A DNA stretch of 64,000 nucleotides, from IMG/VR virus record IMGVR_UViG_3300044825_001572, positions 12,730 to 76,729 of that record; one strand, written 5' to 3'. Made by a program: the position numbers and the translations under genes. The notes beneath the pieces are model-generated. The model saw only the letters and a program-made list of their open reading frames with translations. It was not told where the DNA came from and made no database searches. Positions within the stretch are counted from its first letter, which is position 1. Every line of letters begins with the position of its first letter. Positions 10,090 to 21,300 of this stretch are shown here, one piece after another. Source of the DNA: a virus.

Positions 10090-12906
10090 TTATACAGTAA
10101 TTCCAGTTCTTACCCACTTAATCGTATTATTACGATATGTAGGTGTGATCAATAATCGAGCATTAGTACCACTAATATCAGCACCAAAAGTACCTAAAAT
10201 TTCATTATTAGCAATCGTTGCGTATTCCATATAATCACAAGCAGTGGAAGCAGAACCTACAGATTGCATAATCATTACATCAGTACTTTGGTAATTTCTT
10301 ACCACATTAATTGCAATAAAACTAAATCCAGAACCAAGAGTTCCTAATGTAGCACTTAAACTATTTCCTGAGACATATCCACTTCCTGGTGATACAATTT
10401 CAACATAAGAAACTCCTCCCGCTTTAGTCATCGTATTACCAACCCCAGCAAATGTAGTAGTTCCAATTCCAGTAACTTGTGATGTACCATTAGAGTTATT
10501 ATAAAGTTGTAAAGTAGTTGTTCCAACACCAACAGCATAGTAAATATTTCCGGCAGTAACGGCAAAACCAGTAAAACCACTATTTGGAATACTAGAAGCA
10601 AATGATACTGCAATTGTTCCTATCCCTGATGGTAGACCGTGAGCATCAGTAGTTACTAATAAATCTGTTGCACTTGTAAATCCAACTAAATTAAATGATA
10701 ATCCAATACCAATATTTGCTCGTGCATCATTTCCAGAACCACCAGTAAGTGCTACGTTTGTATAAGTTGCTTCAGTATATCCAGCACCAGCAACAATTGT
10801 TCCAACTGATGTAAATGCTGTAGTCATTCCAGCAGTTACTAATTGACCAGTACAAGCAATTGATACTTGATACCTTGCAGTTTGGAATGTTGCTGTTGCT
10901 AAATTATCTACGACCTGATTTTCAGTTGTTGCTGTAGTAGTAAGAATTCCAGAAGTTTGAGAACCAACTACTCCAGTATCATAAGTTGTAGATGTAGTAA
11001 CACCAGTATTGTTTATTGTGGTACTTCTTACATTAGTAATTGTAGAAATACCTGTATAATTTAAATTAGTTCCTGAAATATTTGTTACTGTTCCTGTAGT
11101 AGAATTTAATGTTGTTATGGTTCCAACACCAGTATTATTAAGAGTTGTACTTCTTACATTAGTAATTGTAGAAATACCTGTATAATTTAAATTAGTTCCT
11201 GAAATATTTGTTATAGTTCCAGTAGTACTATTGAGTGTTGTAATAGTTCCAACACCAGTATAGTTCAAATTTGTTCCAGATATATTAGTAACTATTCCAG
11301 TAACAATATTTCCATTTGTAAAATTTCCTGTTGTATAAGTTGCCGTAGTTCCACTTATTGTAGTTGCAGTATTAACTCCAGAAGAGTTTAAGTTTCCATT
11401 AAGATTTCCATTAAAAGTAGTTGCTGTAACTACTCCAGATATTAAAGCATTTCCAACGATTTGTAATTTTTGAGTTGGATTGGTAGTTCCAATTCCCAAA
11501 TCACCTAAAGAATCAACAACTAAAACATTAGTATTAAATGCCGAATTAATTTGTATTGGTTGAATTGGATTAGTCGTTGCAATTCCAACAAAACCAGAGG
11601 AATTTACAGTTACATCATCTTCACCTCCACCTTCTCTTCGTAATCCATTAGCACTAAAATCATCAAGGAATGCTAATTGACCTAGGAATTGATTGAGTGG
11701 AACCTGTGATGCACCATAACCAACATCCGCTTGTGTTACTACATTCCAGTAAGTTCCATTAAAGAGTTCGGTAATTGTTCCACCAACTGCTAATGTTGAA
11801 CCTGGAATAGTAGAGTTAATTCCTACAAATCCACCAGTAGTTGTAGTAATTATGGTTCCACCAGTTCCAACATTTAATCTTGTAGTTGTTGTTACTCCAG
11901 AAGTATTAATGTTGGTGTTAGAAATATTTGTTATAGTTCCAGTAGTACTATTAAGTGTTGTTATAGTTCCAACACCAGTATAAGAAACATTAGTACCTGA
12001 AAGATTTGTTATAGTTCCTGTGGTGGAATTTAGTGTAGTTATAGTACCAACACCAGTATTATTAAGAGTTGTACTTCTTACATTAGTAATTGTAGAAATA
12101 CCTGTATAATTTAAATTAGTTCCTGAAATATTAGTAACTACTCCAGTAACAATATTTCCATTTGTGAAGTTTCCTGTCGTATAAGTTGCAGTTGTACCGC
12201 TAATCGTAGTTGCAGTATTAACTCCAGAAGAGTTTAAGTTTCCAGTTATATTACCAACAAAAGTTGCAGTTATAATACCAGCACTAAAACCACCAGAAGC
12301 ATTTCTTGCAACTATTGTGGAGTTGGTATTATCACTTGTAGCATTAGAGGTTACTGTAAATGTTGAGTTTCCAGATTGGTTTGCTGTAAATGTTGCAGAG
12401 CCAGAAAGACCAGTCCCAGAAACTCCTAAAGTTAAAGTTCCATTATTTGGTGCAACTGTTGATACTCCAGTAACAAGACCTTTAGCATTTACAGTTACTA
12501 CTGGAATAGCACCAGTTCCACCATAGGTTCCTATATTACTATTGACTGTTGCAAGAGTTGTTGTTGTGTTATTTGAAGTTACATCACCAGAAAGATTTGG
12601 AATATTAGTGGTTGATGTTGCGGTTCCACTAAATGTTGTTGATGTAATAACTCCAGTTACATTAATATTAGAAAATGTTGCAATACCAGTTACATTTAAA
12701 TCATTAAATGTATTTGGAGCATTTTGAATTGCTGATTCAATCGTAGAGGTTGTGATAGCATCTAGTGAAGTAATGTTCCTAAGCTGCCTAGAAGAACTTA
12801 TAACTTCTGTATTACCAATACTTACTGATGTTACTGTTGTGATACCAGCATTTATGATATTTCTACTATCATCAATAATAGTAGAATTTTGAATTTTAAT
12901 TGCCAT
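10090..12906 (-). CDS. Tail fibre protein (938 aa, Thr/Gly/Asn-rich beta-repeat)
   Basis: GIGTTNP repeats and internal DNA repeats; N- and C-terminal modules shared with 23481..28019. Confidence 0.8.
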   Translation of the reverse strand: MAIKIQNSTIIDDSRNIINAGITTVTSVSIGNTEVISSSRQLRNITSLDAITTSTIESAIQNAPNTFNDLNVTGIATFSNINVTGVITSTTFSGTATSTTNIPNLSGDVTSNNTTTTLATVNSNIGTYGGTGAIPVVTVNAKGLVTGVSTVAPNNGTLTLGVSGTGLSGSATFTANQSGNSTFTVTSNATSDNTNSTIVARNASGGFSAGIITATFVGNITGNLNSSGVNTATTISGTTATYTTGNFTNGNIVTGVVTNISGTNLNYTGISTITNVRSTTLNNTGVGTITTLNSTTGTITNLSGTNVSYTGVGTITTLNSTTGTITNISNTNINTSGVTTTTRLNVGTGGTIITTTTGGFVGINSTIPGSTLAVGGTITELFNGTYWNVVTQADVGYGASQVPLNQFLGQLAFLDDFSANGLRREGGGEDDVTVNSSGFVGIATTNPIQPIQINSAFNTNVLVVDSLGDLGIGTTNPTQKLQIVGNALISGVVTATTFNGNLNGNLNSSGVNTATTISGTTATYTTGNFTNGNIVTGIVTNISGTNLNYTGVGTITTLNSTTGTITNISGTNLNYTGISTITNVRSTTLNNTGVGTITTLNSTTGTVTNISGTNLNYTGISTITNVRSTTINNTGVTTSTTYDTGVVGSQTSGILTTTATTENQVVDNLATATFQTARYQVSIACTGQLVTAGMTTAFTSVGTIVAGAGYTEATYTNVALTGGSGNDARANIGIGLSFNLVGFTSATDLLVTTDAHGLPSGIGTIAVSFASSIPNSGFTGFAVTAGNIYYAVGVGTTTLQLYNNSNGTSQVTGIGTTTFAGVGNTMTKAGGVSYVEIVSPGSGYVSGNSLSATLGTLGSGFSFIAINVVRNYQSTDVMIMQSVGSASTACDYMEYATIANNEILGTFGADISGTNARLLITPTYRNNTIKWVRTGITV
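11021..12132. repeat. Intragenic direct repeats (~60 bp, 3 copies)
   Basis: gtacttcttacattagtaattgtagaaatacctgtataatttaaattagttcctgaaatatt at 11021, 11147 and 12071. Confidence 0.85.
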
Positions 12907-12957
12907 TTGGTTCTACCGTCCTCGTATTACACTAGGTAGTTCTTATTATTTAGTTGT

Positions 12958-14259
12958 TTAGCGAGTTAATGCTTGCAATTGTTGGTCTGGAAGACGTTTT
13001 GGAAAGTATGTGAGACGGGAGATTGTTCCATTATACCACCAACCTCCATCAATACCTCTACCAATCCACAATCTATCAAGTGTCGTCGGAGTAATAACTG
13101 TTATATCTACTAATGGGGGTATTCCATCATATGATACTGCGAAATTATTAAAAGAGTATCTAAATGCGGCTTTAAATTTTTGTAAGGATATGGTTGAGTT
13201 GCTAACTACAGTGGTCTGAATAAGGTCATTAGATTGAATATAAGAAGAATATGTAGAAGAATTTGAATTTTTTGCTAAACTAATATAGTTAACAGTACTT
13301 CCTGATGATGAATAAAATACTCCTGCTCTAGTACCTGGTGGGTGAGTTCCATAATTACTTCTAGAAATTGTAAAATAAGACCCTTCATCCTGCCTATACC
13401 AACTACTAAAGTTACTACCAGTTATTCGAGCATCATCTGCTGCTCTGGTTCTTGTGGAACCTACAGTTGGTATATAGGATGTTGGAAAAGAGCCTACTTC
13501 TAGTTGAGAGCCCCATAGGTAGATTCCTGAAGATCCATTTCCAGTATATCCAATATCAAAAGCACCTCCACTACCAATAAGATACATAGTAACCACACCA
13601 TCAGTATTATTGCCTATATTTCCAGAAACGGAAATTCGATACCAATCATTTGGATATCTTTCAATAGATGTATTGTTTAATGTTCCGCCAACAGTATTGG
13701 GGTCGGGAGTTACTACCTGTGTTCTCAGATTAAATGATGCACCAAATCTTGTACTATAATCGCTTTTCCTTACGTGTATCATTATAGAAGTTCTTTCTGC
13801 TGCCTTTACAAAAACTGAAAACGTATATGTGTTATTTGCAATAGCAGTAAAACTTCTTGCTAATATTTTATGATTAGTATTGGTATTTTCTATAAACTTG
13901 TCTGCAGTAGAATTTCCATCTGGTGCAGTTACTACATTTGCATCAACTCTAGCTGAATTTATCTTAATCCAATAAGCATCATTAAACTCTTCACTTCTCT
14001 GTAATAAATTCTGTCTACTTTCCTCAATAAGTAACCCTAAACTCTCACCAGTCATAGGATCGTGGTCAAATCTAGGTTCATTAACTCCAGCATACTTAAT
14101 AAGTCCATCAACACCAACATAAGATGCTCCACTTGCTCTAGTATAAGTAATCCTAGGATCTAAAGTTTTACTATTAGCAAAATCTAAATCCAAAGTAGGT
14201 CTTATACTTGGAAAATTATTGACTGATGACTTATTAGTTCCTGGTCTAAAAACTGCCAT
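12958..14259 (-). CDS. Spike/fibre lectin-like protein, paralog 3
   Basis: Conserved blocks present; ATG 14259 (MAVFRPG) follows the upstream stop at 14261. Confidence 0.75.
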   Translation of the reverse strand: MAVFRPGTNKSSVNNFPSIRPTLDLDFANSKTLDPRITYTRASGASYVGVDGLIKYAGVNEPRFDHDPMTGESLGLLIEESRQNLLQRSEEFNDAYWIKINSARVDANVVTAPDGNSTADKFIENTNTNHKILARSFTAIANNTYTFSVFVKAAERTSIMIHVRKSDYSTRFGASFNLRTQVVTPDPNTVGGTLNNTSIERYPNDWYRISVSGNIGNNTDGVVTMYLIGSGGAFDIGYTGNGSSGIYLWGSQLEVGSFPTSYIPTVGSTRTRAADDARITGSNFSSWYRQDEGSYFTISRSNYGTHPPGTRAGVFYSSSGSTVNYISLAKNSNSSTYSSYIQSNDLIQTTVVSNSTISLQKFKAAFRYSFNNFAVSYDGIPPLVDITVITPTTLDRLWIGRGIDGGWWYNGTISRLTYFPKRLPDQQLQALTR

Positions 14260-14260
14260 A

Positions 14261-14584
14261 TCAAGCAAATACTCTATAAGGATTGTTAGGAGTTACAATA
14301 AATTCTTTGAGTGCTTCTGGAAGACCACCTTGAAGAATTATATTAATATGCCAACCATCCAGTTTGGTCGGTGGTGTGATGGCTTCCCCAGTTTCTAAAT
14401 CATAAACACCATCATTTCTATAAATCTCACCAACAATATCAATATCGCCTACTTGGTCAGTAACTGTATAGAAAGTTTGTTCTACACCATCAAAGGTTTC
14501 GGTTCTCTTATAACCAACTTCTTCAAGTTTGGTTTCTGCTTCTTCTTGGGAATTAAAACGAAGATAATAAGTTTGATAGGTCAT
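14261..14584 (-). CDS. Small acidic fibre adaptor/chaperone-like protein, copy 2
   Basis: Paralog of 8384..8749; late box at 14598. Confidence 0.65.
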   Translation of the reverse strand: MTYQTYYLRFNSQEEAETKLEEVGYKRTETFDGVEQTFYTVTDQVGDIDIVGEIYRNDGVYDLETGEAITPPTKLDGWHINIILQGGLPEALKEFIVTPNNPYRVFA

Positions 14585-14596
14585 AGTGTTTTTTGA

Positions 14597-15862
14597 CTAT
14601 TTAGTGAGGTTGATTAATTGATTATCTGGAAGTCTTGATGGATAGTAGGTTAGTTGGGAGATTGTTCCTCCCCAATAATTACCTATTCCCATTCCAATAA
14701 GAAGTTGATTTACTCCGACAGGCATCTCAACTGAAGTATCAGTAGTTGTAAGAGTTCCATTTCCTCCAAAAGTGGAATCATTTTTTTTGAGTGCTTGTAT
14801 CATTTTAAATTGCGAAGTGGTTGGAACATTTATTGCTACATATGGTGTTTGATTTACACCACCAGAACCTATACTAAAATTTGTAAGTTGAGGACTATCT
14901 TTTGCACCATAAAAAGCAATATTATTATTAATAGTTCCATCCCATATTCGTGCAAGGTTTGGAAATGCCAAAAAGTTTCCACTATAATTTCTTCTTGCTG
15001 CAATCATTAAAGTCCATTCTGTTGGATTATACCAACTACTAAAATTACTTCCAGTTATACTTGCGTTATCTGGTGTGCGAGTTGCTGTGGAACCTGATGT
15101 TGGTATATAGGATGTTGGGAAGGACCCTTGTTCTAGTTGAGCGCCCCAGATGTAGATACCTGATGTTCCATCTCCTGTATAAATGACATTTCCTGAAGAA
15201 TCTAATGGTGAAATTGTTGGAATATTAGTGGTATTTACGGAACCTTTTGTTGTTGTTATCGAACATCTATACCAACCATTAGGATATTGAGTTATTGTTG
15301 CTGCAGTATTTGTGTAATCTGTGTTATCTGAACTTATTGCAATAATTACTCCAGTTGACAAGTTAAAAGTTGCATTTGCTGAAGTAGTGAAAAAATTACT
15401 TAATTGCAATAAAATTTTATCTCTTCCCGCAGATTTACAAAAAACGCTAAATGTTACTGTTTCATTACTTCCTGTTCTGGATTGATAAACTGCGTGTTGG
15501 CTATTAGTTGTATCTTCTACTATTTTTTCTGCATTATTACTTCCATCTGGTGCTGTAGTTGCTGTGGTATTTGTTGCAATTCCTACAGCACTTTTAACCC
15601 AAGAAGTGTTATTAAATTCTTCACTTCTTAGTAATAAATTCTGCCTCTGCTCCTCCACCAACAATCCCAAACACTCACCAGTAACAGGGTCGTGGTCAAA
15701 TCTTGGAGAATTTGCAGGTGCAATTTTAATTAATCCATTCTCATCAATATAAGTTGCACTAGAAGTTCTTGTGAAAGTAATTCTAGGATCTAGAGTTTTA
15801 GACCTTGCAAAGTTAAGATTGAGAGATGGTCTGGTGGATGGGAAGTTTTGTGATATACTCAT
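14597..15862 (-). CDS. Spike/fibre lectin-like protein, paralog 4
   Basis: Conserved blocks present. Confidence 0.75.
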   Translation of the reverse strand: MSISQNFPSTRPSLNLNFARSKTLDPRITFTRTSSATYIDENGLIKIAPANSPRFDHDPVTGECLGLLVEEQRQNLLLRSEEFNNTSWVKSAVGIATNTTATTAPDGSNNAEKIVEDTTNSQHAVYQSRTGSNETVTFSVFCKSAGRDKILLQLSNFFTTSANATFNLSTGVIIAISSDNTDYTNTAATITQYPNGWYRCSITTTKGSVNTTNIPTISPLDSSGNVIYTGDGTSGIYIWGAQLEQGSFPTSYIPTSGSTATRTPDNASITGSNFSSWYNPTEWTLMIAARRNYSGNFLAFPNLARIWDGTINNNIAFYGAKDSPQLTNFSIGSGGVNQTPYVAINVPTTSQFKMIQALKKNDSTFGGNGTLTTTDTSVEMPVGVNQLLIGMGIGNYWGGTISQLTYYPSRLPDNQLINLTK

Positions 15863-15866
15863 AGTC

Positions 15867-17027
15867 TTACTTTGTTAGGTTTTGAAGGATTTGGTTAGAT
15901 AGTCTTCGTGGGTAGTAGGTGAGTTGAGATATTGTTCCATTAAATAAAGATCCACTTGCAGAAGAACCAATTCTCAATCTATTAATATTTGAAATTGTTG
16001 AAGAATATGTATTAGTTAATGTATTACTTCCATTATAAGAAGAACCATAATCTCCTGCTTTATATGCACCTACCCATTTTGATACTCTACTGGAAGTTCT
16101 ATCTAATGTCGTTACTACTGCAGATCCTGAACTAAAAGTTAAAAATCTTGCAGTAGATCCCACAGAATGGAAGAATATCATTCTATTTGATGATGTATTA
16201 TCATTAAATTCTGCGACTGCTTGATCTCCAGATGCTATAGGAATATTATAATTTATTAAAGAAGTACCCTCACTTTGATTATACCAACTTGAGAAGTTCT
16301 CACCGACTATAGAGGCATTATCTGCGGTTCTGGTTGCTGTGGAGTTCGTTGTTGGTATATAGGATGTTGGGAAGGAACCTTCTTCTAATTGTGCTCCCCA
16401 AAATACAACAGATTTTGAAGTGCCATCCGAAGAATTCGCAAATCCAATATTTGATCCACCTGCCGTTGATGTTGCAGTAAAAGTATAGGTATATCTTTTC
16501 CACGTTTCATCCACAGCAATATTATCGCTATAAACACCAATAGAAGTATTCCAATATTTAAATCTAAACTGACTAGACCCAGAAACAGATCTAGCCCAGA
16601 CTGATAATGTATATGTAGTTCCGTTTGTGATAAACGCCGTATTATGATTTACATCTGAAAATTGGTTATTGGAAAATGTAACAATATCTGCAGTTAGAGT
16701 TCCACTTGGAGATATTATTGAATTTGTAGTTAATGAAGTTATAAGAAACTGTGACCAAAATGTAGATAAATCCTCACTATGAAATAATAAATTACTCCTA
16801 CTCTCCTCAATCAACAATCCCAAAGATCTCACAGTACCACTCACAGGATCATAAGAATGGTCAAATCTTGGAGTATTTGCAGGAACCACCTCAATCAATC
16901 CTTTACCATTTACTCTGGTTGCAGATGAAGTTCTTATGAATGTAATGCGTGGGTCTAAGGTTTTAGACCTTGTAAAATTCAAGCAAAGTGATGGTGAAAT
17001 TGCTGGGAAGTTTTGTTGGATACTCAT
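15867..17027 (-). CDS. Spike/fibre lectin-like protein, paralog 5
   Basis: Conserved blocks present; shorter first variable domain. Confidence 0.75.
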   Translation of the reverse strand: MSIQQNFPAISPSLCLNFTRSKTLDPRITFIRTSSATRVNGKGLIEVVPANTPRFDHSYDPVSGTVRSLGLLIEESRSNLLFHSEDLSTFWSQFLITSLTTNSIISPSGTLTADIVTFSNNQFSDVNHNTAFITNGTTYTLSVWARSVSGSSQFRFKYWNTSIGVYSDNIAVDETWKRYTYTFTATSTAGGSNIGFANSSDGTSKSVVFWGAQLEEGSFPTSYIPTTNSTATRTADNASIVGENFSSWYNQSEGTSLINYNIPIASGDQAVAEFNDNTSSNRMIFFHSVGSTARFLTFSSGSAVVTTLDRTSSRVSKWVGAYKAGDYGSSYNGSNTLTNTYSSTISNINRLRIGSSASGSLFNGTISQLTYYPRRLSNQILQNLTK

Positions 17028-18334
17028 TTTGTTAAGGATACAAGTTGAGAATTTGGAAGTCTTGTTGGATAGTAAATAAACTGTCTTATATGACCGTTTA
17101 AATAAGATGCAAACACTCCTTCCAATCCAAAAACTATTCTGTTGAATGTTGTTGGTAATACATCTGGGACGCCTGATGCAAAATCTGCAGTATATAAATC
17201 TCCATCAACGGAAATAATCATATTATTTGTTTTTATTGCTAGTGCCTTTTTAACTAATCTATTAATATATGTCTCATTTTTTCCAACCAAAAAGTTAGTA
17301 GTATTATTTTGAATAACTGAAAATAATGGAATTTGGTTTATATTTTGCCAACCTACTATTCTATCTAAAGGAGGTACTTCTGGACTCATAATTGCAAAAT
17401 CTGTAGAATTTCCAGCATTAGTCGGTTTATATGTACTATAATTTGATATTATAGTACCTTCTGTCTGATTATACCAACTACTAAAATTACTTCCAGCCAT
17501 ACTTGCATTATCTGCAGTTCTTGTTGCTGTGGAGTTCGTTGTTGATACATAGGATGTTGGGAAGGAACCTTGTTCTAGTTGAGCACCCCAGATATAATAT
17601 CCATTTGAAGTGTTCCCAACAAATCCAGGAAATACTCCAGAAGTACCAGAAGTTATAGAATTGACTGAAAGTCTAGCAAGAGTTGATGTAGTTCCAGCAG
17701 TACCTGTAACTGATAATCTATACCATCCATTTGGGAATGATGATATACCTGCATTTATTCCAGAACCACTTCCATAATTTAAACTAGTAGTTACGCCAAC
17801 TGTAGATAAATTAAAATTAGCATAACTACCATTTGTAGTAGCATTATCATCAAAAACTAATTGAACGAATTGTTTATTTATTGGTTTTACAAAAATTGAA
17901 AAAGTATAAACTGTATTTGAACTTATTCCTATTGCATTAAATGTATTATTAATGTGGATATTATTATCAGTAGTTTCTAATATTTTGTCCGAGTTATAAC
18001 TTCCATCAGGAGCGATTGTTTCTGTAGTATTGAATGAAGTAGTAAATCCAGCTCTAGTCCACCTAGAATTTGAAAAATCCTCACTCCAACTGACCAAATT
18101 ACTTCTACTTTCCTCAATCAACAATCCCAAACTCTCAACTTCTCCAGTTGTAAGATTATAAAGATGATCAAACCTTGGAGTATTCGCAGGAACTACCTCA
18201 ATTAATCCTTCCCTACCCATTACAGTAGCACTAGAAGTCCTAGTGAAAGTAATTCTGGGATCTAATGTGCGACTTCCCGCAAAGTTAAGATTTAAAGTAG
18301 GTCCTTCATCTGGGAAGTTTTGCTGTATCGCCAT
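17024..18334 (-). CDS. Spike/fibre lectin-like protein, paralog 6
   Basis: Conserved blocks present; ATGA overlap with paralog 5. Confidence 0.75.
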   Translation of the reverse strand: MAIQQNFPDEGPTLNLNFAGSRTLDPRITFTRTSSATVMGREGLIEVVPANTPRFDHLYNLTTGEVESLGLLIEESRSNLVSWSEDFSNSRWTRAGFTTSFNTTETIAPDGSYNSDKILETTDNNIHINNTFNAIGISSNTVYTFSIFVKPINKQFVQLVFDDNATTNGSYANFNLSTVGVTTSLNYGSGSGINAGISSFPNGWYRLSVTGTAGTTSTLARLSVNSITSGTSGVFPGFVGNTSNGYYIWGAQLEQGSFPTSYVSTTNSTATRTADNASMAGSNFSSWYNQTEGTIISNYSTYKPTNAGNSTDFAIMSPEVPPLDRIVGWQNINQIPLFSVIQNNTTNFLVGKNETYINRLVKKALAIKTNNMIISVDGDLYTADFASGVPDVLPTTFNRIVFGLEGVFASYLNGHIRQFIYYPTRLPNSQLVSLTK

Positions 18335-21300
18335 CTAACCTAATTTCTCCTTTAGAATATTTATCTGGTTCTGCTGTTCCTTTACAACTTCTATAAGTAA
18401 TCCAATCAAACCATTATAGTTTACAGTTTTAGTTTCTTCCCCATTTACGAGTTCTGGTAAAACTTTTTCAATATCTTGAGCTATAACTCCCATAGAAGAT
18501 TTACCAGTTTCTTTCCAGTCAAAAGAAACTCCAGTAATATTTAGAATTTTATCTATTGGATTTTCTATTGGTTTAATATTCTCTTTGAGTCTTATGTCTG
18601 ATGCTGAGTTGAAATCTGTAGATGTAGTAACTCCAGTAATTAGAGCATCACCTTGTATATGAAGTCTTGATGTTGGATTTGCGGTTCCTATCCCAAGATT
18701 ACCAGAAACATAAGCACCACCAGTTACTTGAAGTGGTTGTGATGCGGTTCCTGTTGAACTTACAGAACCAACTAAAATATTTGATCCATCAATTGCAAGA
18801 GAAGCATTAGTTGCTTGACGATTAAATAAAAATCTTCCAGAAAATTCTGATCTAAAAATAATATCTCCCTGTGCAGCATTATTTGCATACTGTCCTGGAG
18901 CGCCCGCTACTGCAATCGTCAAATCTCCATTATTTCTACCAACAGAAATTCCAGTATTGGAGGTTGAAAATCCACTTCTTAATAGAAGTCCGAGATCACC
19001 ACTTCTTGTTATTGCAACAAAATTCCCATCATAAGAAAGATTAGAAGATGTTGTTGTAGTATTAGTTGCGCTATTGTAAAGAATTCTGTTTGCTGCACCT
19101 ACAACATTTGTGGAAGTTGTTGCAGTTCCTGTAAGATTACCTACAAAAGTAGTTGCAGTTGCTACACCAGAAACATTCAGTTGTCCTAATGTTCCAACAG
19201 AAGTGAGTGATGAATTAATAACTCCACTTCCAAGAGTTGTGGAACTTAAGACTGAAGTTCCATTAATTTCATACTGCTTACCAGAAACTAGGTTCCAATC
19301 TTCACTTGAAGTTAATGCTCCCGCAGTATTATTCCAAGTGATTGTCTTACGAATTCCAGTAGAACCGATACCAATTCCAGCACCATCAAGAAGTGCATTA
19401 GTTCCTACTGTTGTTGCAATACCAACATTAAAGTCTGCAAGTTCAATAGTTGAAGAATTAACAATAAACTGAGTACCATCTACATATAAGTCACCTTTAA
19501 TTCTTACTGCACCTGTATCATCACCAACAACTGCAGGGTCAATAATTAATGTTGAAGGACCATAAATTGAACCAGTAAGTTTAATATTTCCTACAACATC
19601 CAATTTTTCTGTTGGATTTGTTGTTCCTATTCCAATATTTCCAGAACTATTTCCATAAATCCAATTTACACCATTACTTCCAATTGCAAGTTGTGTAGAT
19701 CCACCAGGTATTGCAGGTTCAGCACTAAAACCTACTGCAACATTATAAGAACCTGTAACATTATATCCTGCATAAGAACCTAGAAAAACATTTCCATTTC
19801 CAGTATTATTAACAAATCCTGCAAGAGAACCTATGAAAATATTTTCACTTCCATCACTATTATTATATCCAGACTGTTCTCCTATGAAATTATTATAAGA
19901 TCCATCAAAATTTGTATATCCTGCAGAATTTCCTAAAAAGTTATTTCCTGTTCCACTATTATTTGTATATCCAACCTGATAACCTAAAAAGTTATTGTAA
20001 TTTCCACCAATATTACTATACCCCACCTGATAACCTATGAAGTTATTATTATATCCAGTAATAGCAAGTTCTCCAGCACCAACTCCTGCAAAAAAATTAT
20101 AATCTCCATCAATAGAAGTATTGGTAGTACTATCACCAAGTCTTATATTAGTACCATTAAACCCAATAGTTCCATCAACTTCAAGTTTTACTGTTGGATT
20201 TGTGCTTCCTATACCAACAGAACCACTAGAAGTAATTACAAAAGCACTTGAATCTGGATTTGCACTATCTTCAACAACTAATGCATTACCAGTTCCTGTT
20301 TGTGTGATTCTTAAGGCATCATTAGAACTATTAACTGATATTGTTGCAATTCCAGAAGATTGAAGTCCTTGTGTCTGAAGAATACCAAAGACCGTTGCAC
20401 CATATCCAGTAGTTTCAAATTCTTTTACATTATCAAAATAGAGTCCTACTGGTCCATTTGAAATAAAACTTGCTTTTGTTTCCGAACCAGCAGCATTTGT
20501 AATAAGAACATTATTATCGCCAGTAAGATATAAATTTCCTGTTCCAAAATCTCCAATAATACTATTTCCACCATCATGATAAATTCTTAAATCATTACCA
20601 TCGCCAAAATATAAAATATCATTATCACCAAAGTAAGCAGAAGTTCCAAAACTTACGGCACCTGTGAATGTGGTGATTCCAAGTGTTGAAACACCAGAAG
20701 AATTAATGTTTGTTAAAGTAACATTGGTGCTATTCAGACTTGTAATCGTACCAACGCCAGTATAATTTAGATTAGTTCCAGAAATGTTAGTAACAATACC
20801 AGTTACAATATTACCTGTTGTAAAGTTACCAGTCGTATAAGTTGCTGTTGTTCCAGATAGAGTTGGAATTGTACCAACACCAGAAGAATTAATGTTTCTT
20901 ATAACTGCTAAATCATTTTGGGTAAATTGAACATTACCAACAGCAAGGTGAGTTCTTGTTGGGAATTGAGTAGATCCAATACCTACCGCATAGTTAATCA
21001 ACCAAGCATCTGTATTGAGACCAGCAAAGGAACCGGACTTGAACCACATAATTTTCTTATATGTGGGAAGTGTTGATTCTCCAATACCAGGATTGTAAAT
21101 TGAAACTAATGGACTACCTTCTGTTGATGCGACAGAAATACCGCCATGATTTGCTGTTGTATCATTAGAAACATCATTATTATTTGAATCTGTTCTAAAT
21201 CCAAGAACAATATCAGGGTCAGAGACTTTCAGTTCAGTCGTGAATAAAGTAGCAGAAGTTCCACCAATCGTAATATTACCAGTAACGTTTAAGTTACGAT

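Noticed and set aside
11021-12245. CRISPR-like repeats
   Set aside because: These are coding in-frame repeats with irregular spacing and no unique spacers.
6656-18334. Diversity-generating retroelement or shufflon explanation for the spike array
   Set aside because: No reverse transcriptase, invertase or inverted cassettes in the window. All copies are co-oriented full ORFs, and differences are not adenine-specific.
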